DNA of 63,992 nt, filler included, from Lama guanicoe (taxonomy: Eukaryota), in assembly GCA_013239625.1 (NCBI GenBank). It is 82 parts of 78 records of this genome, joined end to end, with 100 filler letters (N's around TTAATTAATTAA, not from the genome) between each part and the next. Parts side by side here need not be neighbours in the genome. Positions count along the whole stretch, not along the records: positions 12,879 to 13,379 come from PNXV01001130.1; positions 13,480 to 14,221 come from PNXV01001131.1; positions 14,322 to 15,493 come from MU053315.1; positions 15,594 to 16,433 come from MU053316.1; positions 16,534 to 17,251 come from PNXV01001136.1; positions 17,352 to 17,946 come from MU053318.1; positions 18,047 to 18,383 come from MU053319.1; positions 18,484 to 18,783 come from MU053320.1; 74 more parts are not named here. One strand, given 5' to 3'. Below the pieces are notes generated by a model. The model searched no databases, was not told where the DNA came from, and was given only the letters and a program-made list of their open reading frames with translations. Every line of letters begins with the position of its first letter. Within the stretch, counting starts at the first letter, position 1. The position numbers and the translations under genes were made by a program. Positions 12,879 to 25,642 of the stretch are shown here, piece by piece.

Positions 12879-13379
12879 CACTACAAGGGATCCAAGGAGA
12901 TCTTACTGACAAGCAGGCATTTGAGCTGAGACCTGAAGTAAGGAGGGAGAACACCAAGTGTGTGTTCAGGGAGGATTCAAGGCAGAGGGAAGAGCTAATG
13001 CCAGGCCGTGGGCCAGGAGCACCCCGTCACAATCAAGGAGCTGCAAGGAGGCCTGTGAGGCTGCAGCAGAGTGCGGCCTGGCCAGGCTGTAGAGAACCTG
13101 ACAGATGATGTAGGACTCATGGGTGCTGTGTGCATGTTGGCTTCATCTGTGAGGAATGGAAAGCTGTGGGCAGAAGGAGCTGAGCAGTGACCTGACTGGA
13201 TCCTCTGATGCTGGGTGGAGAACAGCCTACAGGAGTGAGGGCCCCAGAAGGAGCGTGGTTAGTGGCAGCTTCAGCCATCCAGTCAAGAGGTGGTGGCAGC
13301 TCTGATCAGGTAGAATAGGAGGGGGCCAACGAGGGACATAGTCTGAAATTGAACATGAAGGCTTTGCTTACGGGGAGGA
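12879..13379 (-). mobile_element. L2 fragment
   Basis: catttgagctgagacctgaag...aggcagagggaagagc...gcaaggaggcc pattern. Confidence 0.7.
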
Positions 13380-13479
13380 NNNNNNNNNNNNNNNNNNNNN
13401 NNNNNNNNNNNNNNNNNNNNNNNTTAATTAATTAANNNNNNNNNNNNNNNNNNNNNNNNNNNNNNNNNNNNNNNNNNNN

Positions 13480-14050
13480 CACTACTGGCTCTCACCTGAG
13501 CTCCCGGACCACACATTTAACAACCTTTCACTTTACCCAAAGCTGAACACATCAGTTTTCCCCCAGAACTCCCTCTGCAGGTTTCCCTACTCACAGCAAA
13601 GCAAGATCATGATTTACCTCATTAATCCACACAGAAACCTGGGCCTTACTCCATCCTACATTCACAGACAGCATTCATCCTTTCCTTTTTACCAACTAAA
13701 CATGCCTTCAATCTGTTCGCTTTTACACACTGACTGTCCCACCGCTCAAGAGGAAGCCACCAACACTGCCCACCTGGACTCACGAGTCTCCCAAGTGGCC
13801 CCACAGCCACTCTCCCCTACTTGATACAAATGGGATTGTGTCACTCCCACGCTTTTTGGACTCTTTTCAGACCCACTGTTCTTAGAAGACAAGTTCTTCA
13901 CCTGGTGAAACTCTTTGCCATGAAGCTGTCAGCTCAGGCAGGGCAGGACCCGCCGTCTTCCCTCGGACCCACCCTCTGGCAGAGCATCAGCTTAGGAGGA
14001 CCTGCTGAGCTACACCTGCCTGTATTCTAACACTTGTCTTGAGTTCTTTG
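13480..14050 (+). mobile_element. L2 fragment
   Basis: CT-rich L2-like motifs (ccaaagctgaac, agaaacctggg, cacctggact). Confidence 0.6.
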
Positions 14051-14321
14051 CAAAATGCTTCACTTATCCATACAAATCCAAGGTAGATTAGAAAGATTTT
14101 AGATGTTGAGCTAGACTATTGATTTGGGGATTTTGCACTAGCAACCAGCAATGTCATGTTCTAATGATTCTATCTTCATAAAACCACACCCAGTTTAAAG
14201 GAGTATTTGTGGAATGTCTTCNNNNNNNNNNNNNNNNNNNNNNNNNNNNNNNNNNNNNNNNNNNNTTAATTAATTAANNNNNNNNNNNNNNNNNNNNNNN
14301 NNNNNNNNNNNNNNNNNNNNN

Positions 14322-15493
14322 AAAATTTAGAATATAGAATAAAGAATATAGAACCCAGAATTGAGAACATATAATTCAAAACACAGAATATAGAATGTAG
14401 AATACAGAATACTGAATATAGAATTTAGAATATAGAATGCAGACACAGAATATAGAATAGAGAATACAGAACACAGAATTTAGAACATGGCATGCAGAAC
14501 ACAGAATTTCGTAAATAGAACACAGAATATAGAATATAGAATAAAGTATATTGAACCCTGAATTTTGAAAATTTTGAATATAGAATACAGAAAGCTGAAT
14601 ATAGAATTTAGAATATAGAATGTAGAACACAGAATATAGAATATAGAATAAAGTATATTGAACCCTGAATATTGAACATGGAATGCATAACACAGAATTT
14701 AGAATATAGAATACAGAATACTGAATATATAATTTAGAATATATTATGTAGAACACAGTATAAAGATTATACAATACGGAATGCAGAATATAGAATGTAG
14801 AATATATAATGAAAACACAAAATATACAATATATAATAGAGAATATAGAAGCCAGAAATTAGAACATGGAATGCAGAACACAGAATTTAGAATATACAAT
14901 ACANNNNNNNNNNNNNNNNNNNNNNNNNNNNNNNNNNNNNNNNNNNNNNNNNNNNNNNNNNNNNNNNNNNNNNNNNNNNNNNNNNNNNNNNNNNNNNNNN
15001 NNNNNNNNNNNNNNNNNNNNNNNNNNNNNNNNNNNNNNNNNNNNNNNNNNNNNNNNNNNNNNNNNNNNNNNNNNNNNNNNNNNNNNNNNNNNNNNNNNNN
15101 NNNNNNNNNNNNNNNNNNNNNNNNNNNNNNNNNNNNNNNNNNNNNNNNNNNNNNNNNNNNNNNNNNNNNNNNNNNNNNNNNNNNNNNNNNNNNNNNNNNN
15201 NNNNNNNNNNNNNNNNNNNNNNNNNNNNNNNNNNNNNNNNNNNNNNNNNNNNNNNNNNNNNNNNNNNNNNNNNNNNNNNNNNNNNNNNNNNNNNNNNNNN
15301 NNNNNNNNNNNNNNNNNNNNNNNNNNNNNNNNNNNNNNNNNNNNNNNNNNNNNNNNNNNNNNNNNNNNNNNNNNNNNNNNNNNNNNNNNNNNNNNNNNNN
15401 NNNGAACAGAATATATGAAACAAAGAATACGGAAAACATAATTGAGAACATGGAATGCAGAAGACAGAATTTAGAATATATAATACAGTATAC
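14322..15493. repeat. AT-rich heptamer satellite (family C)
   Basis: Tandem degenerate 7-mers on both sides of an internal gap. Confidence 0.92.
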
Positions 15494-15593
15494 NNNNNNN
15501 NNNNNNNNNNNNNNNNNNNNNNNNNNNNNNNNNNNNNTTAATTAATTAANNNNNNNNNNNNNNNNNNNNNNNNNNNNNNNNNNNNNNNNNNNN

Positions 15594-16433
15594 ACAGGTC
15601 CGCCTCCAGAGCCTCCTGAGGAAGCTGAGCCTTCTCCAGGTGGAGAGGGACAACCGGCTCAGCCTTATGAGCCTAATGGGGAAGTTGTACCCTTTTCAAC
15701 CCAGCAGGAGAGCGCAGCTCAGCCCACAGAGCATCCTGAGGTGGTGAAACCAGCCACCCAGCAGGAGAGCCCAGCTCAGTCTCCAGCAGAGATAGAGCCT
15801 TCCACAACCCAGCAGGAAAGCACAGGTCAGCGTCCAGAGTCTCCTGCTGAGGCNNNNNNNNNNNNNNNNGAGCCTGATGGCAGCTTCTCCTCCAGGCCAG
15901 GATCAAGCTCAGTCTCTGCAGCGGCCCAGTGTCACTGTTAAACCTGTGGACCTTGCACTCACCATAACTCCAGGGCCCACAAGTGAAGCTGAACCTTCTC
16001 CGCCCCAACAAGAGGCCTCAGCTCAGTCTGCAGGGTCCCCTGAGCAGTTGGAACCATTATTGGCCCAGCAGGAGGCTCCGGATCAGCCTCCAGCCCCCTG
16101 GGGAAATGGTGAACCTTCTCCAGTCCAGCTTGAGCTCCCAACTCAGCCTCCAGAGGCCTCTACAGCTGCCACAGCTCAGCCTCCAATCCATAATGAGGTG
16201 ACGTTCTCATCTGCAGGTCCAGGTGAAGCTCAGCATCCAGTGATGCCTGGTACCACAGGTAAACCCCTGGATCTGGCAGTTGTCATCACTCCAGAGCCTG
16301 CTAAGGAGGCTGAAAGTTCTCCAGAGCAACAGGAGGGCTCTGCTCATTTTCCCATTTCCCCCGAGCAGGCTGAATTTTCTCCAGTCCAGTCCAAGCCTCT
16401 GTCTCCATCTCCAGAGCCCCCTGGGAAGATTGA
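15594..16433 (+). CDS. LRRC37A: Partial large exon of an LRRC37A-family protein (P/Q/E/S-rich LRRC37 repeats)
   Basis: Open frame on each side of a 16-N gap. It contains LRRC37 repeat motifs PPGQDQAQSLQRPSVTVKPVDLALTITPGPTSEAEPSP and HNEVTFSSAGPGEAQHPVMPGTTGKPLDLAVVITPEP. Truncated at both scaffold ends. Confidence 0.88.
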
Positions 16434-16589
16434 NNNNNNNNNNNNNNNNNNNNNNNNNNNNNNNNNNNNNNNNNNNNTTAATTAATTAANNNNNNNNNNN
16501 NNNNNNNNNNNNNNNNNNNNNNNNNNNNNNNNNCTGACAAAACACATTTCTAAAGAGGAAAATTTTATTATCTTTTCTTTCCCTGAAAG

Positions 16590-17152
16590 GATAAGTTGAA
16601 GCCTTCTCTGTACCTTTATTTATATTTTATGTTTGCTATTTATCTTGCCAACTAAAAACTGGCAGTTGTCATCTGCCTCTGCAAGGATTGGAGCCAATTT
16701 GGCACCTGCCATCCACCTCTGCTTGGATTAGGTGGTGAGCCACTGCAGCTGCTCCAACCACCCTGAAAGGATTTTGGGGTGGAGAGAACAGGAGTGAGGC
16801 AGCACTCTGTGCTCTGGGAGTACTAGCAGAACAGGCCTTCAGACAGTTAGCTATTTTCAGGAGAAGATTTTATGAACCCAAATTCTTACGTCTTCTATCT
16901 TGAAAAACAATAAATTCATCTACGTTGACAAATGCTCCTTGTGACTAGCAGCAGGCCTCTGCCTAAGTGTGTGATTGACTACACGTACCCCCTTCACTGA
17001 AATCATTTATAATACTGAGTTTTCCCCCTGCCTGTTTGGAGCAGGTCCTCAGAGCTCTCTGGGATGCTGTCTCCCAGGCTATAGTCCTCATTTTGCCCCA
17101 AATAAAACTTAACCCACAACTCTCATGTTGTGCGATTTTATTTCAATCAACA
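16590..17152 (+). mobile_element. ERV LTR (ERV1-like), 5' boundary approximate
   Basis: R/U5-like end gctgtctcccaggctatagtcctcattttgccccaAATAAAacttaac...atcaaCA. Confidence 0.7.
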
Positions 17153-17351
17153 ATGTTATTAAATTCCTTAACAAAATTTTCAATACAGTGGAACAATAAT
17201 TGTAAAACGACCACTGTACAATTTAAATAACTAAAAGAGCTGTTGTCACTTNNNNNNNNNNNNNNNNNNNNNNNNNNNNNNNNNNNNNNNNNNNNTTAAT
17301 TAATTAANNNNNNNNNNNNNNNNNNNNNNNNNNNNNNNNNNNNNNNNNNNN

Positions 17352-17946
17352 AGTTTCAAAAATTGAATGTGTGTGAAAGCCGAAAATCACAAATCTTCTC
17401 TGGATCAAATAATTTGTTTACAGTGAGGAACACACTACATAAATATACATTGGCAGGTACAGTTTTCAACTAGGTTATACAGTGAAAACATGATGAAATT
17501 CAAACCAAAAATATTAAATATACTGTGACAAAAGAGTATGAGTTTCTAGTGGTACCTATTCTTTTTATCCTATATGAAAAAACGTAACTCCATTTGCTCA
17601 GTACTGAGAGTTCAGACTGTGTGGAAGCCATCAATAAACTAGCTTGAAGGGAACACAGAGTTTAATTCACTNNNNNNNNNNNNNNNNNNNNNNNNNNNNN
17701 NNNNNNNNNNNNNNNNNNNNNNNNNNNNNNNNNNNNNNNNNNNNGAACTTCAAAGACACAAAAAACATACTGAGAAACCAGAGTAAGTGAATCAACTGCA
17801 ACCCAGTCACTTTAGGTTAGATGAAAGGACGTCTGCTCAAATGCTGAACTCTGAGAATAAAGTTTGCGTGAAATCCGTGAATCACAAAGCATGTTGAGAA
17901 CACATAGCTTTTTCTACTGGAAAAAAACTATATAGATATGTATTGG
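17352..17946. repeat. Highly diverged 249-bp satellite (family A)
   Basis: Retains tgtgtgtgaaagcc, actgagaaaccagagtaagtg and gcttgaagggaacacagagttt motifs. Confidence 0.8.
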
Positions 17947-18252
17947 NNNNNNNNNNNNNNNNNNNNNNNNNNNNNNNNNNNNNNNNNNNNTTAATTAATT
18001 AANNNNNNNNNNNNNNNNNNNNNNNNNNNNNNNNNNNNNNNNNNNNACATCCCTGGCCTCAACCAACCATGAAGCCAGTCACTTACCTCCCTGGGGATTC
18101 AAGCTTCCTTCCACTTCTAGGGGAGCTGATGGCTGAGAGGCCGGGGGGGACCGCCTTCCCACTTCCGGTCCTCCCGCTAGAGCTGCGCCCCGGGAGCATG
18201 CCCGGAGGTGCCTCCTGTTATAACCACCCCCAATCTGAGACCCCCCACCTCC

Positions 18253-18383
18253 AGACACCCACGCACTCACCCACACACACAGACACACAAACACACAGAC
18301 ACAAAAATACACAAACACACATAGACAGACACATACATACAGACACACGGACACACACACTCACATACAGACACACAAAAACA
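18253..18383. repeat. Degenerate (CA)n tract
   Basis: acacac/agacac runs. Confidence 0.85.
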
Positions 18384-18589
18384 NNNNNNNNNNNNNNNNN
18401 NNNNNNNNNNNNNNNNNNNNNNNNNNNTTAATTAATTAANNNNNNNNNNNNNNNNNNNNNNNNNNNNNNNNNNNNNNNNNNNNTATGTACAGTAATAAAT
18501 AATCTAAAGACAAGATGAAAGAGAGGCTAAATGTGTTTGGTAGGTGGAATTATTTATATCAACATTGCTTCCCTTCAGTTGTATAGTAT

Positions 18590-18783
18590 ATCCATAACCT
18601 TGACATAGACTTACATGGGATAGAATGTTCTTCCTCATCCACCATTTGACTTTGGTGTCACCCTTGTATCTTGCTTTGGTCAATGGGATATTGGCAAACA
18701 TGAGGCAAAAATGAGGCAAACAGAGGCACAGTTAGGCTTCTCAGCTTTTGCCTTTGCTACTGGTAGAAGAACAAGCTGTGTGA
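18590..18783 (+). mobile_element. MaLR (MLT1I/J-like) LTR fragment
   Basis: ttgactttggtgtcacccttgtatcttgctttggtcaatgggatattggcaaac motif. Confidence 0.55.
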
Positions 18784-18951
18784 NNNNNNNNNNNNNNNNN
18801 NNNNNNNNNNNNNNNNNNNNNNNNNNNTTAATTAATTAANNNNNNNNNNNNNNNNNNNNNNNNNNNNNNNNNNNNNNNNNNNNAGAAGTAATCATTGTTT
18901 TTAATTATGTATGTAACTTCTCCTTGGTTTTACGTACATCTTTACCAAAAA

Positions 18952-19108
18952 TTTTTTTTAACATTTTTTATTGATTCATAATCATTTTACAATGTTGTGT
19001 CAAATTCCAGTGTTCAGCACAATTTTTCAGTCATTCATGGACATATACACACTCATTGTCACATTTTTTTCTCTGTGATTTATCATAACATTTTGTGTAT
19101 ATTTCCCT
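18952..19108 (-). mobile_element. Young L1 3' end
   Basis: Reverse complement of the tail seen at 21400-21533. Confidence 0.88.
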
Positions 19109-20164
19109 NNNNNNNNNNNNNNNNNNNNNNNNNNNNNNNNNNNNNNNNNNNNNNNNNNNNNNNNNNNNNNNNNNNNNNNNNNNNCATCTATACAATTCCT
19201 GTATATATTCGTCTGCAACTTGTTTTTTTTTAGCTCAGAGGTTCATCCACATGGTTTCATAGCTGTAGTCTTACATCGCCACTGTAGTACTGTATTCCAT
19301 TGTATTGTATTGTATTCCATTCTTCTCCTAATGAGCATGTTTTTGTCCAGTTTTGTGTATGGCTCTAGTTGCACAAATACAAGANNNNNNNNNNNNNNNN
19401 NNNNNNNNNNNNNNNNNNNNNNNNNNNNTTAATTAATTAANNNNNNNNNNNNNNNNNNNNNNNNNNNNNNNNNNNNNNNNNNNNCTTTCTATGGGGGAAG
19501 GAGGGGGATGCCGAGGCCACCCACTAGCCTTGTCTCATTCACAGACACCCTGGCGTTCTCTGTAAGTGCAGGGCAGAGCCTGAGGCTGGCCTCTCCCGTG
19601 GCCCACCATGCCCATCTGTCCAGTCTTTGGGCCTGAGCCCAGCCCCCTTCCTCCTGGCCAAACTAAGCCAAGGCTGATTGCAGTGCTCCTTCCCAAGCAG
19701 GGTCAGGGTTCTGAGTCACAGGAACTGGGGGGCTGGCAGAGGAGATGGGGACAGACAATGAAGCCCTGGAGCTTTAAAGCATTGGAACCAGGGTAAAAGT
19801 AGTTACCTCTTTCTGGATAGGGAAACTGAGGCACAGAGTGGTAAAGGGGTTCACCCGGGTTCCCCAGTGGGGCCGAGACAGCATGGGGGCCCTGCCTAGG
19901 CTTCCGGCCTTCAGGCCAGTGTCCCTTGCCCTGGAGACGCCCCGTCACTTCTGTCAAGGTGTTGCCAACCTAGAATCGGTGGGCACCTTTCCCTCTAGAA
20001 AATCCCTGGGAGCTTGGGGGAGTGGCCCCATCTGCTGAATGTTGTTATTGTAGTCTCGGCTACTNNNNNNNNNNNNNNNNNNNNNNNNNNNNNNNNNNNN
20101 NNNNNNNNTTAATTAATTAANNNNNNNNNNNNNNNNNNNNNNNNNNNNNNNNNNNNNNNNNNNN

Positions 20165-21016
20165 TGCAGAACACAGAATTTAGAATATAGAATGTAGAAC
20201 ACAGAATTTAGAACAGAGAATAGAGAAAAGAGAACCGAGAATTTAGATCATGGAATGCAGAACACAGAATTAAGATTATAGAATACAGAATACTGAATAT
20301 AGAATTTGGAATATGCAATGAAGAACACAGAATATGGAATATAGAATACGGAATGCAGATTATAGGATGTAGAATATAGAATGAAGAACAGAAAATATAG
20401 ATATAAAAAAGAGCATATACAACCTAGAATTTTGTAATGAAATGCAGAACACAGAATTTAGAATATAGAATACAGAAATACAGAATACTTAAAATTTTGA
20501 ATATAGAATGTAGAACACAGAATATAGAATATAGGATACGGAATGCAGAATATAGTATATAGAATATAGAATGTAGAACACAGAAAATAGAATATGGAAA
20601 ACAGAATACAAAACACAAATTTAGAACATGGAATGAAGAACACAGAATTTAGAAAATAGAATATAGAAAAGTGGATATAAAATTTAGCATATAGAATGTA
20701 GAACACAGTATATAGAATATAGAATACGGAGGGCAGAATATAGAATGTAGAAAATAGAATGAAGAACACAGAGTATAGTATATATAAAAGAGAATATACA
20801 ATACAGAATTTAAAAATAGAATGACAGAATTCAGAATATAGAATTCAGAACACTGAATATAGGACTTAGAATATAGAATGTAGAACACAGAATATAGAAT
20901 ATAGAATACGGAATGCAGAATATAGAATGTAGAACACAGCATAAAGAATATGGAAAACAGAATACTAAACCCAGAATTTAGACCATTGAATGCAGAACAC
21001 AGAATTTAGAATATAG
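20165..21016. repeat. AT-rich heptamer satellite (family C)
   Basis: Tandem degenerate 7-mers. Confidence 0.93.
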
Positions 21017-21116
21017 NNNNNNNNNNNNNNNNNNNNNNNNNNNNNNNNNNNNNNNNNNNNTTAATTAATTAANNNNNNNNNNNNNNNNNNNNNNNNNNNN
21101 NNNNNNNNNNNNNNNN

Positions 21117-21533
21117 CATTTGCAGCAACATGGATGCTCCTGGAGAAAGTCATTCTAAGGGAAGTGAGCCAGAAAGAGAAAGAAGAATGCCATATGAGAT
21201 CGCTCATATGTGGACTCTAAAAAAAAAACCAAAAACAAACAAACAAAGCATAAATACAAAACAGAAACAGACTCACAGACATAGAATACAAAGTTGTGGT
21301 TGCCAAGGGGGCGGAGGGTGGGAAGGGATAGACGGGATTTCAAAACTGTAGAATAGATAAACATGATTATACTGTATAGCACAGGGAAATACATACAAGA
21401 TCCTATGGTAGCTCACAGAGAAAAAAATGTGACAATAAATATATGTATAGTATAACTGAAAATTGTGCTCTACACTGGAATTTGACACAACATTGTAAAA
21501 TGATTATAAATCAATAAAAAAAGTTAAAAAAAA
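21117..21533 (+). mobile_element. Young L1 3' end with poly-A, followed by an older antisense L1 fragment
   Basis: catttgcagcaacatggatg...aagtgagccagaaagag, 3' UTR, AATAAA and A tail. The flank at 21543-21639 resembles antisense L1 ORF2. Confidence 0.92.
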
Positions 21534-21962
21534 GAAATGAAAGTTATTTTTGTATGCTGATTTTACATTCTGTAACTTTAGTGGATTTGCGTATTAGTTC
21601 TAACAGTTTTTTGGTGAAGCTTTTAGAATTTTGCATATANNNNNNNNNNNNNNNNNNNNNNNNNNNNNNNNNNNNNNNNNNNNTTAATTAATTAANNNNN
21701 NNNNNNNNNNNNNNNNNNNNNNNNNNNNNNNNNNNNNNNTGGAGGGAAGGAAGGCTTCCTTGGGAAACAGTCAAAATAAGCTTGGAGGAAAGTGTCAAGT
21801 AGGAGCAGGTCAGGGGGCCCCTGAGTTCACTGGGAACCTGGGTCCTGATGTGAGGCTGGGCGAGCAGGGTCAGTGGTGGGGCTAGAACTCCACCAGGGAG
21901 CCTCTGAAGGGTTTGAAGTGGGGTGATGTAATCAAATTTGTGATTTGGGAAGGCTGCCGTGG

Positions 21963-21965
<3 letters not shown>

Positions 21966-21994
<29 letters not shown>

Positions 21995-22001
21995 TGTGTG
22001 T
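21966..22001. repeat. (TG)n microsatellite
   Basis: Direct observation; runs into a gap. Confidence 0.92.
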
Positions 22002-23213
22002 NNNNNNNNNNNNNNNNNNNNNNNNNNNNNNNNNNNNNNNNNNNNNNNNNNNNNNNNNNNNNNGAAGGGCGTCTGCTTGGGGACCGCAGGGGCAGTGTGG
22101 ATGCCGGATTTCCTAATGGGGGCTTGTAAGTGGGGCCGCCCTTGAGGCACCTTGTGGCTGGAAGAAAACCGATGGAGGCCNNNNNNNNNNNNNNNNNNNN
22201 NNNNNNNNNNNNNNNNNNNNNNNNTTAATTAATTAANNNNNNNNNNNNNNNNNNNNNNNNNNNNNNNNNNNNNNNNNNNNTATAGATAAGAAACAAATAC
22301 ACAATTAGTACATTTCACATGTATTTATTAAGTGCCCTCAAGCTGCCCGGCTTTGGGTTCAGAGCTGTGGGCACTCTGATGACACCATATGTCACATTTC
22401 ATAAGCTGCTGGGCTCTGACTGAGCAAAAGATAAACCCTGAGGTCGGAGGGTCCTGGGCAGGGGATTTATCTAAAGTAGCCTGAGGAAAAGTAGCTTGAA
22501 CAAAATGAGAACTGCTGTAAGAAGTTACATCTCAGAACCCAACTAGCAGAAATGTACGCAATAATGGGAACAAAGAATATATTTAAAAGCCTAGAGAGCT
22601 CTAAGCAAGACCAGACTTGTACATGTGAGGAGCGGGTACAGAGACCAATTCAGAATTCAAGTGCCGAGGGGCGGGGACTCAAGGAGAATCCCAGCCACAT
22701 GGTGTTTTGGAGGCCGTGCCTGAACACGGATTTATAGGGAAATACGCCAATTCTTAAGCTGCTGTTTATCAACTTCCTTTGAAATCTTCATTTGGTANNN
22801 NNNNNNNNNNNNNNNNNNNNNNNNNNNNNNNNNNNNNNNNNNNNNNNNNNGTGTCAAGTTATTTAATCTCTTTTAGACGTTGTGATGTTTGACACATATT
22901 GTATTACTGGAATTATTAATCTAAATTCCAGGGAAATTGAAGTCTCCATGAGAATATATTTAAAATGAAGAGACAGGATTTTTGTTTTCTTCTGGAAAGC
23001 CTTTTAATAAAGTCGGAAGAAGCACACACCATCTACCCTTGGCTTGGTACCTAACAGTGCACATTCTATGCTTACTATATATGGGCACAAAATATGCAGT
23101 TGTTTGCTAATAANNNNNNNNNNNNNNNNNNNNNNNNNNNNNNNNNNNNNNNNNNNNTTAATTAATTAANNNNNNNNNNNNNNNNNNNNNNNNNNNNNNN
23201 NNNNNNNNNNNNN

Positions 23214-23835
23214 TTCTCCTGCAAACTGTTCCCTTTGTGCTAGATGAACGAACGTCTCGCCAAATGCTCAGTTTTGAGAGCTAAGCGAGTTTGAAAGCCG
23301 TTCTTCACCTAGCTTGTTGGGAACACAAAGTTTCTCTTCAGTTGCAGAATCCACTCCATACATAAGTATGGGAAGGTACAAGCTCCAAGTTGGTTTTACG
23401 GTGAAAACCACAGGAAATTCCTACTGGCACTAGGAAACAGACTGAGAAACCAGAGTAAGTGTTTCTCCTGCAACCTGTTCCCTTTGTGCAAGATAAACGA
23501 ACGTGTCCCCACATGCTAAGTTTTGAGAGTTAAGCGTGTGTGAAAGCCGTCCTTCACCTCGCTTGTTGGGAACACAAAGTTTCTCTTCAGTTGCAGACTC
23601 CACTCCATACATATATATGGGGAGGAACCANNNNNNNNNNNNNGGTTTTACAGAAAACTGCAGGAACTTCAAACCGGCACTAGGGAACAGACTGAGAAAC
23701 CAGAGTAAGTGTTTATCCTGCAAACTTTTCCCTTTGTCCTAGATGCATGATCGTGTCTCCACATGCTCAGTTTGGACAGTTAAGCATGTGTGAAAGCCCT
23801 CCTTCACTTCGCTTGTTGGGAACACAAAGTTTCTC
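23214..23835. repeat. 249-bp satellite (family A)
   Basis: Equivalent positions at 23270 and 23519 give a period of 249. Confidence 0.95.
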
Positions 23836-25642
23836 NNNNNNNNNNNNNNNNNNNNNNNNNNNNNNNNNNNNNNNNNNNNTTAATTAATTAANNNNNNNNN
23901 NNNNNNNNNNNNNNNNNNNNNNNNNNNNNNNNNNNATGGCCTGACGTGATTGCAAAACAAACGAGAAGCAGACAAACAAAGAATCAAACCAACAAACAAG
24001 CACCCAAATGGTACGGTTGGCTAACAGATACCAAGGGAACCATGATTATTCAAAAGAAAATACTCAAGGTGATGTCAAGGATCATTCAGCCCGCATCGAC
24101 CCAGTATCGTGGCTTGCATGTACTCAGCACACTTGTATTCGGAAATCAGAGGCGTGCATTCATATTCGTAAATATTGATTCATAAGAGCATATCGTGACC
24201 TACCCAAATGCCGAAAGTCAAATGGATTCCTAGTCCGTGATATAGACTTGCAAGTCTTCCAACAGGACGAATGAACGCCATATCTACCCTACATTGAGAA
24301 GAAATGGCACAAGCCTATAACAAAGACAAGTAGCTCTGCAAAAGTGTACCAAGAGCAAAAGGGATAGACAGTAAATGCACATTGGGGTTGGTTTCATTTC
24401 TTGGAATTTCAGCCCCCAGGAAACCAATGAATCCATGTCATGAGAGTGCGGGTGTTTCAGCAGAAATCAGGCGACGCATATGTATTCCGGGTGTACGGAT
24501 ATTATAGGAACATAAGCCTCCTTTAGTGGGTCTCTGTGTACTGTGAACTGTTAGAAAGTTTAAAGACGTGTGAAAACATAAACTGAAAAGGGACACACTT
24601 CTCTCCATTGTTACTGTGCATAGAGATCTGAACAAAAGTAAAGAGGGAAGAAGAAAGGCCCATGGGATGCTAGTGGGTAGAATCACACTTACCCTAGGAA
24701 CCTCTCGTCGGATGCAGCCCCTCCCCCAACACTGACANNNNNNNNNNNNNNNNNNNNNNNNNNNNNNNNNNNNNNNNNNNNTTAATTAATTAANNNNNNN
24801 NNNNNNNNNNNNNNNNNNNNNNNNNNNNNNNNNNNNNATATCTTCCAAGTAAAGGGACTGTACTTTTACAAACTTTATGTTTTATAGCATGAACATCCCG
24901 GACAGGGTCACAAATCGAACAGCCTCACAAGTGACGGAAGACAGGTGAGAGGCATATAGCAACAGGTCACAAACATGGTAAGAAAAAAGTTGTTTCTCCA
25001 ACCCCCGAAAAAATTCCTCTAAGAACCGAAAACTCTGAATTTTGAAAGTAAAATTCTATCATATAAAGACATGAAATAAATAATCCTCTTCATCAGGGTT
25101 TCAAGATCTGACTGAAGAAATTTTAGCATGCCATACTGAATCCTAGCACAGAAAAATCAGATGGATTAGTGGTGAGTATTTTCCAGGGAAACGGCAGTAA
25201 TTCTTCTACTTGTACGGGGACACACACTCACTTGACGAAGGTGATTGTAAACCACATTCTGGAGAAATTCAAAAGATTCTGTCACTGCTTCAAGATGGTG
25301 ATGACATGGTAGGACGGCTTGGATGCATGCTTCTGACTCACCGGCATTCTTGCACTGCAGGGGGAAAAGGAGGCCCCCATTCAACAGCAGAGATGTTCCT
25401 GTCATGTCTCCCAGGCCGTGCCTCGGGGACTCAGTGCACTGTAGCAGCCTGGCACCAGGCTAGGACCCGCAGCCTGGCCCACCCAAGCAGGATGGGCACT
25501 GTGTTTGAGAAATCCCATCTCCGATGGGAGCAACAGGGGCTGNNNNNNNNNNNNNNNNNNNNNNNNNNNNNNNNNNNNNNNNNNNNTTAATTAATTAANN
25601 NNNNNNNNNNNNNNNNNNNNNNNNNNNNNNNNNNNNNNNNNN

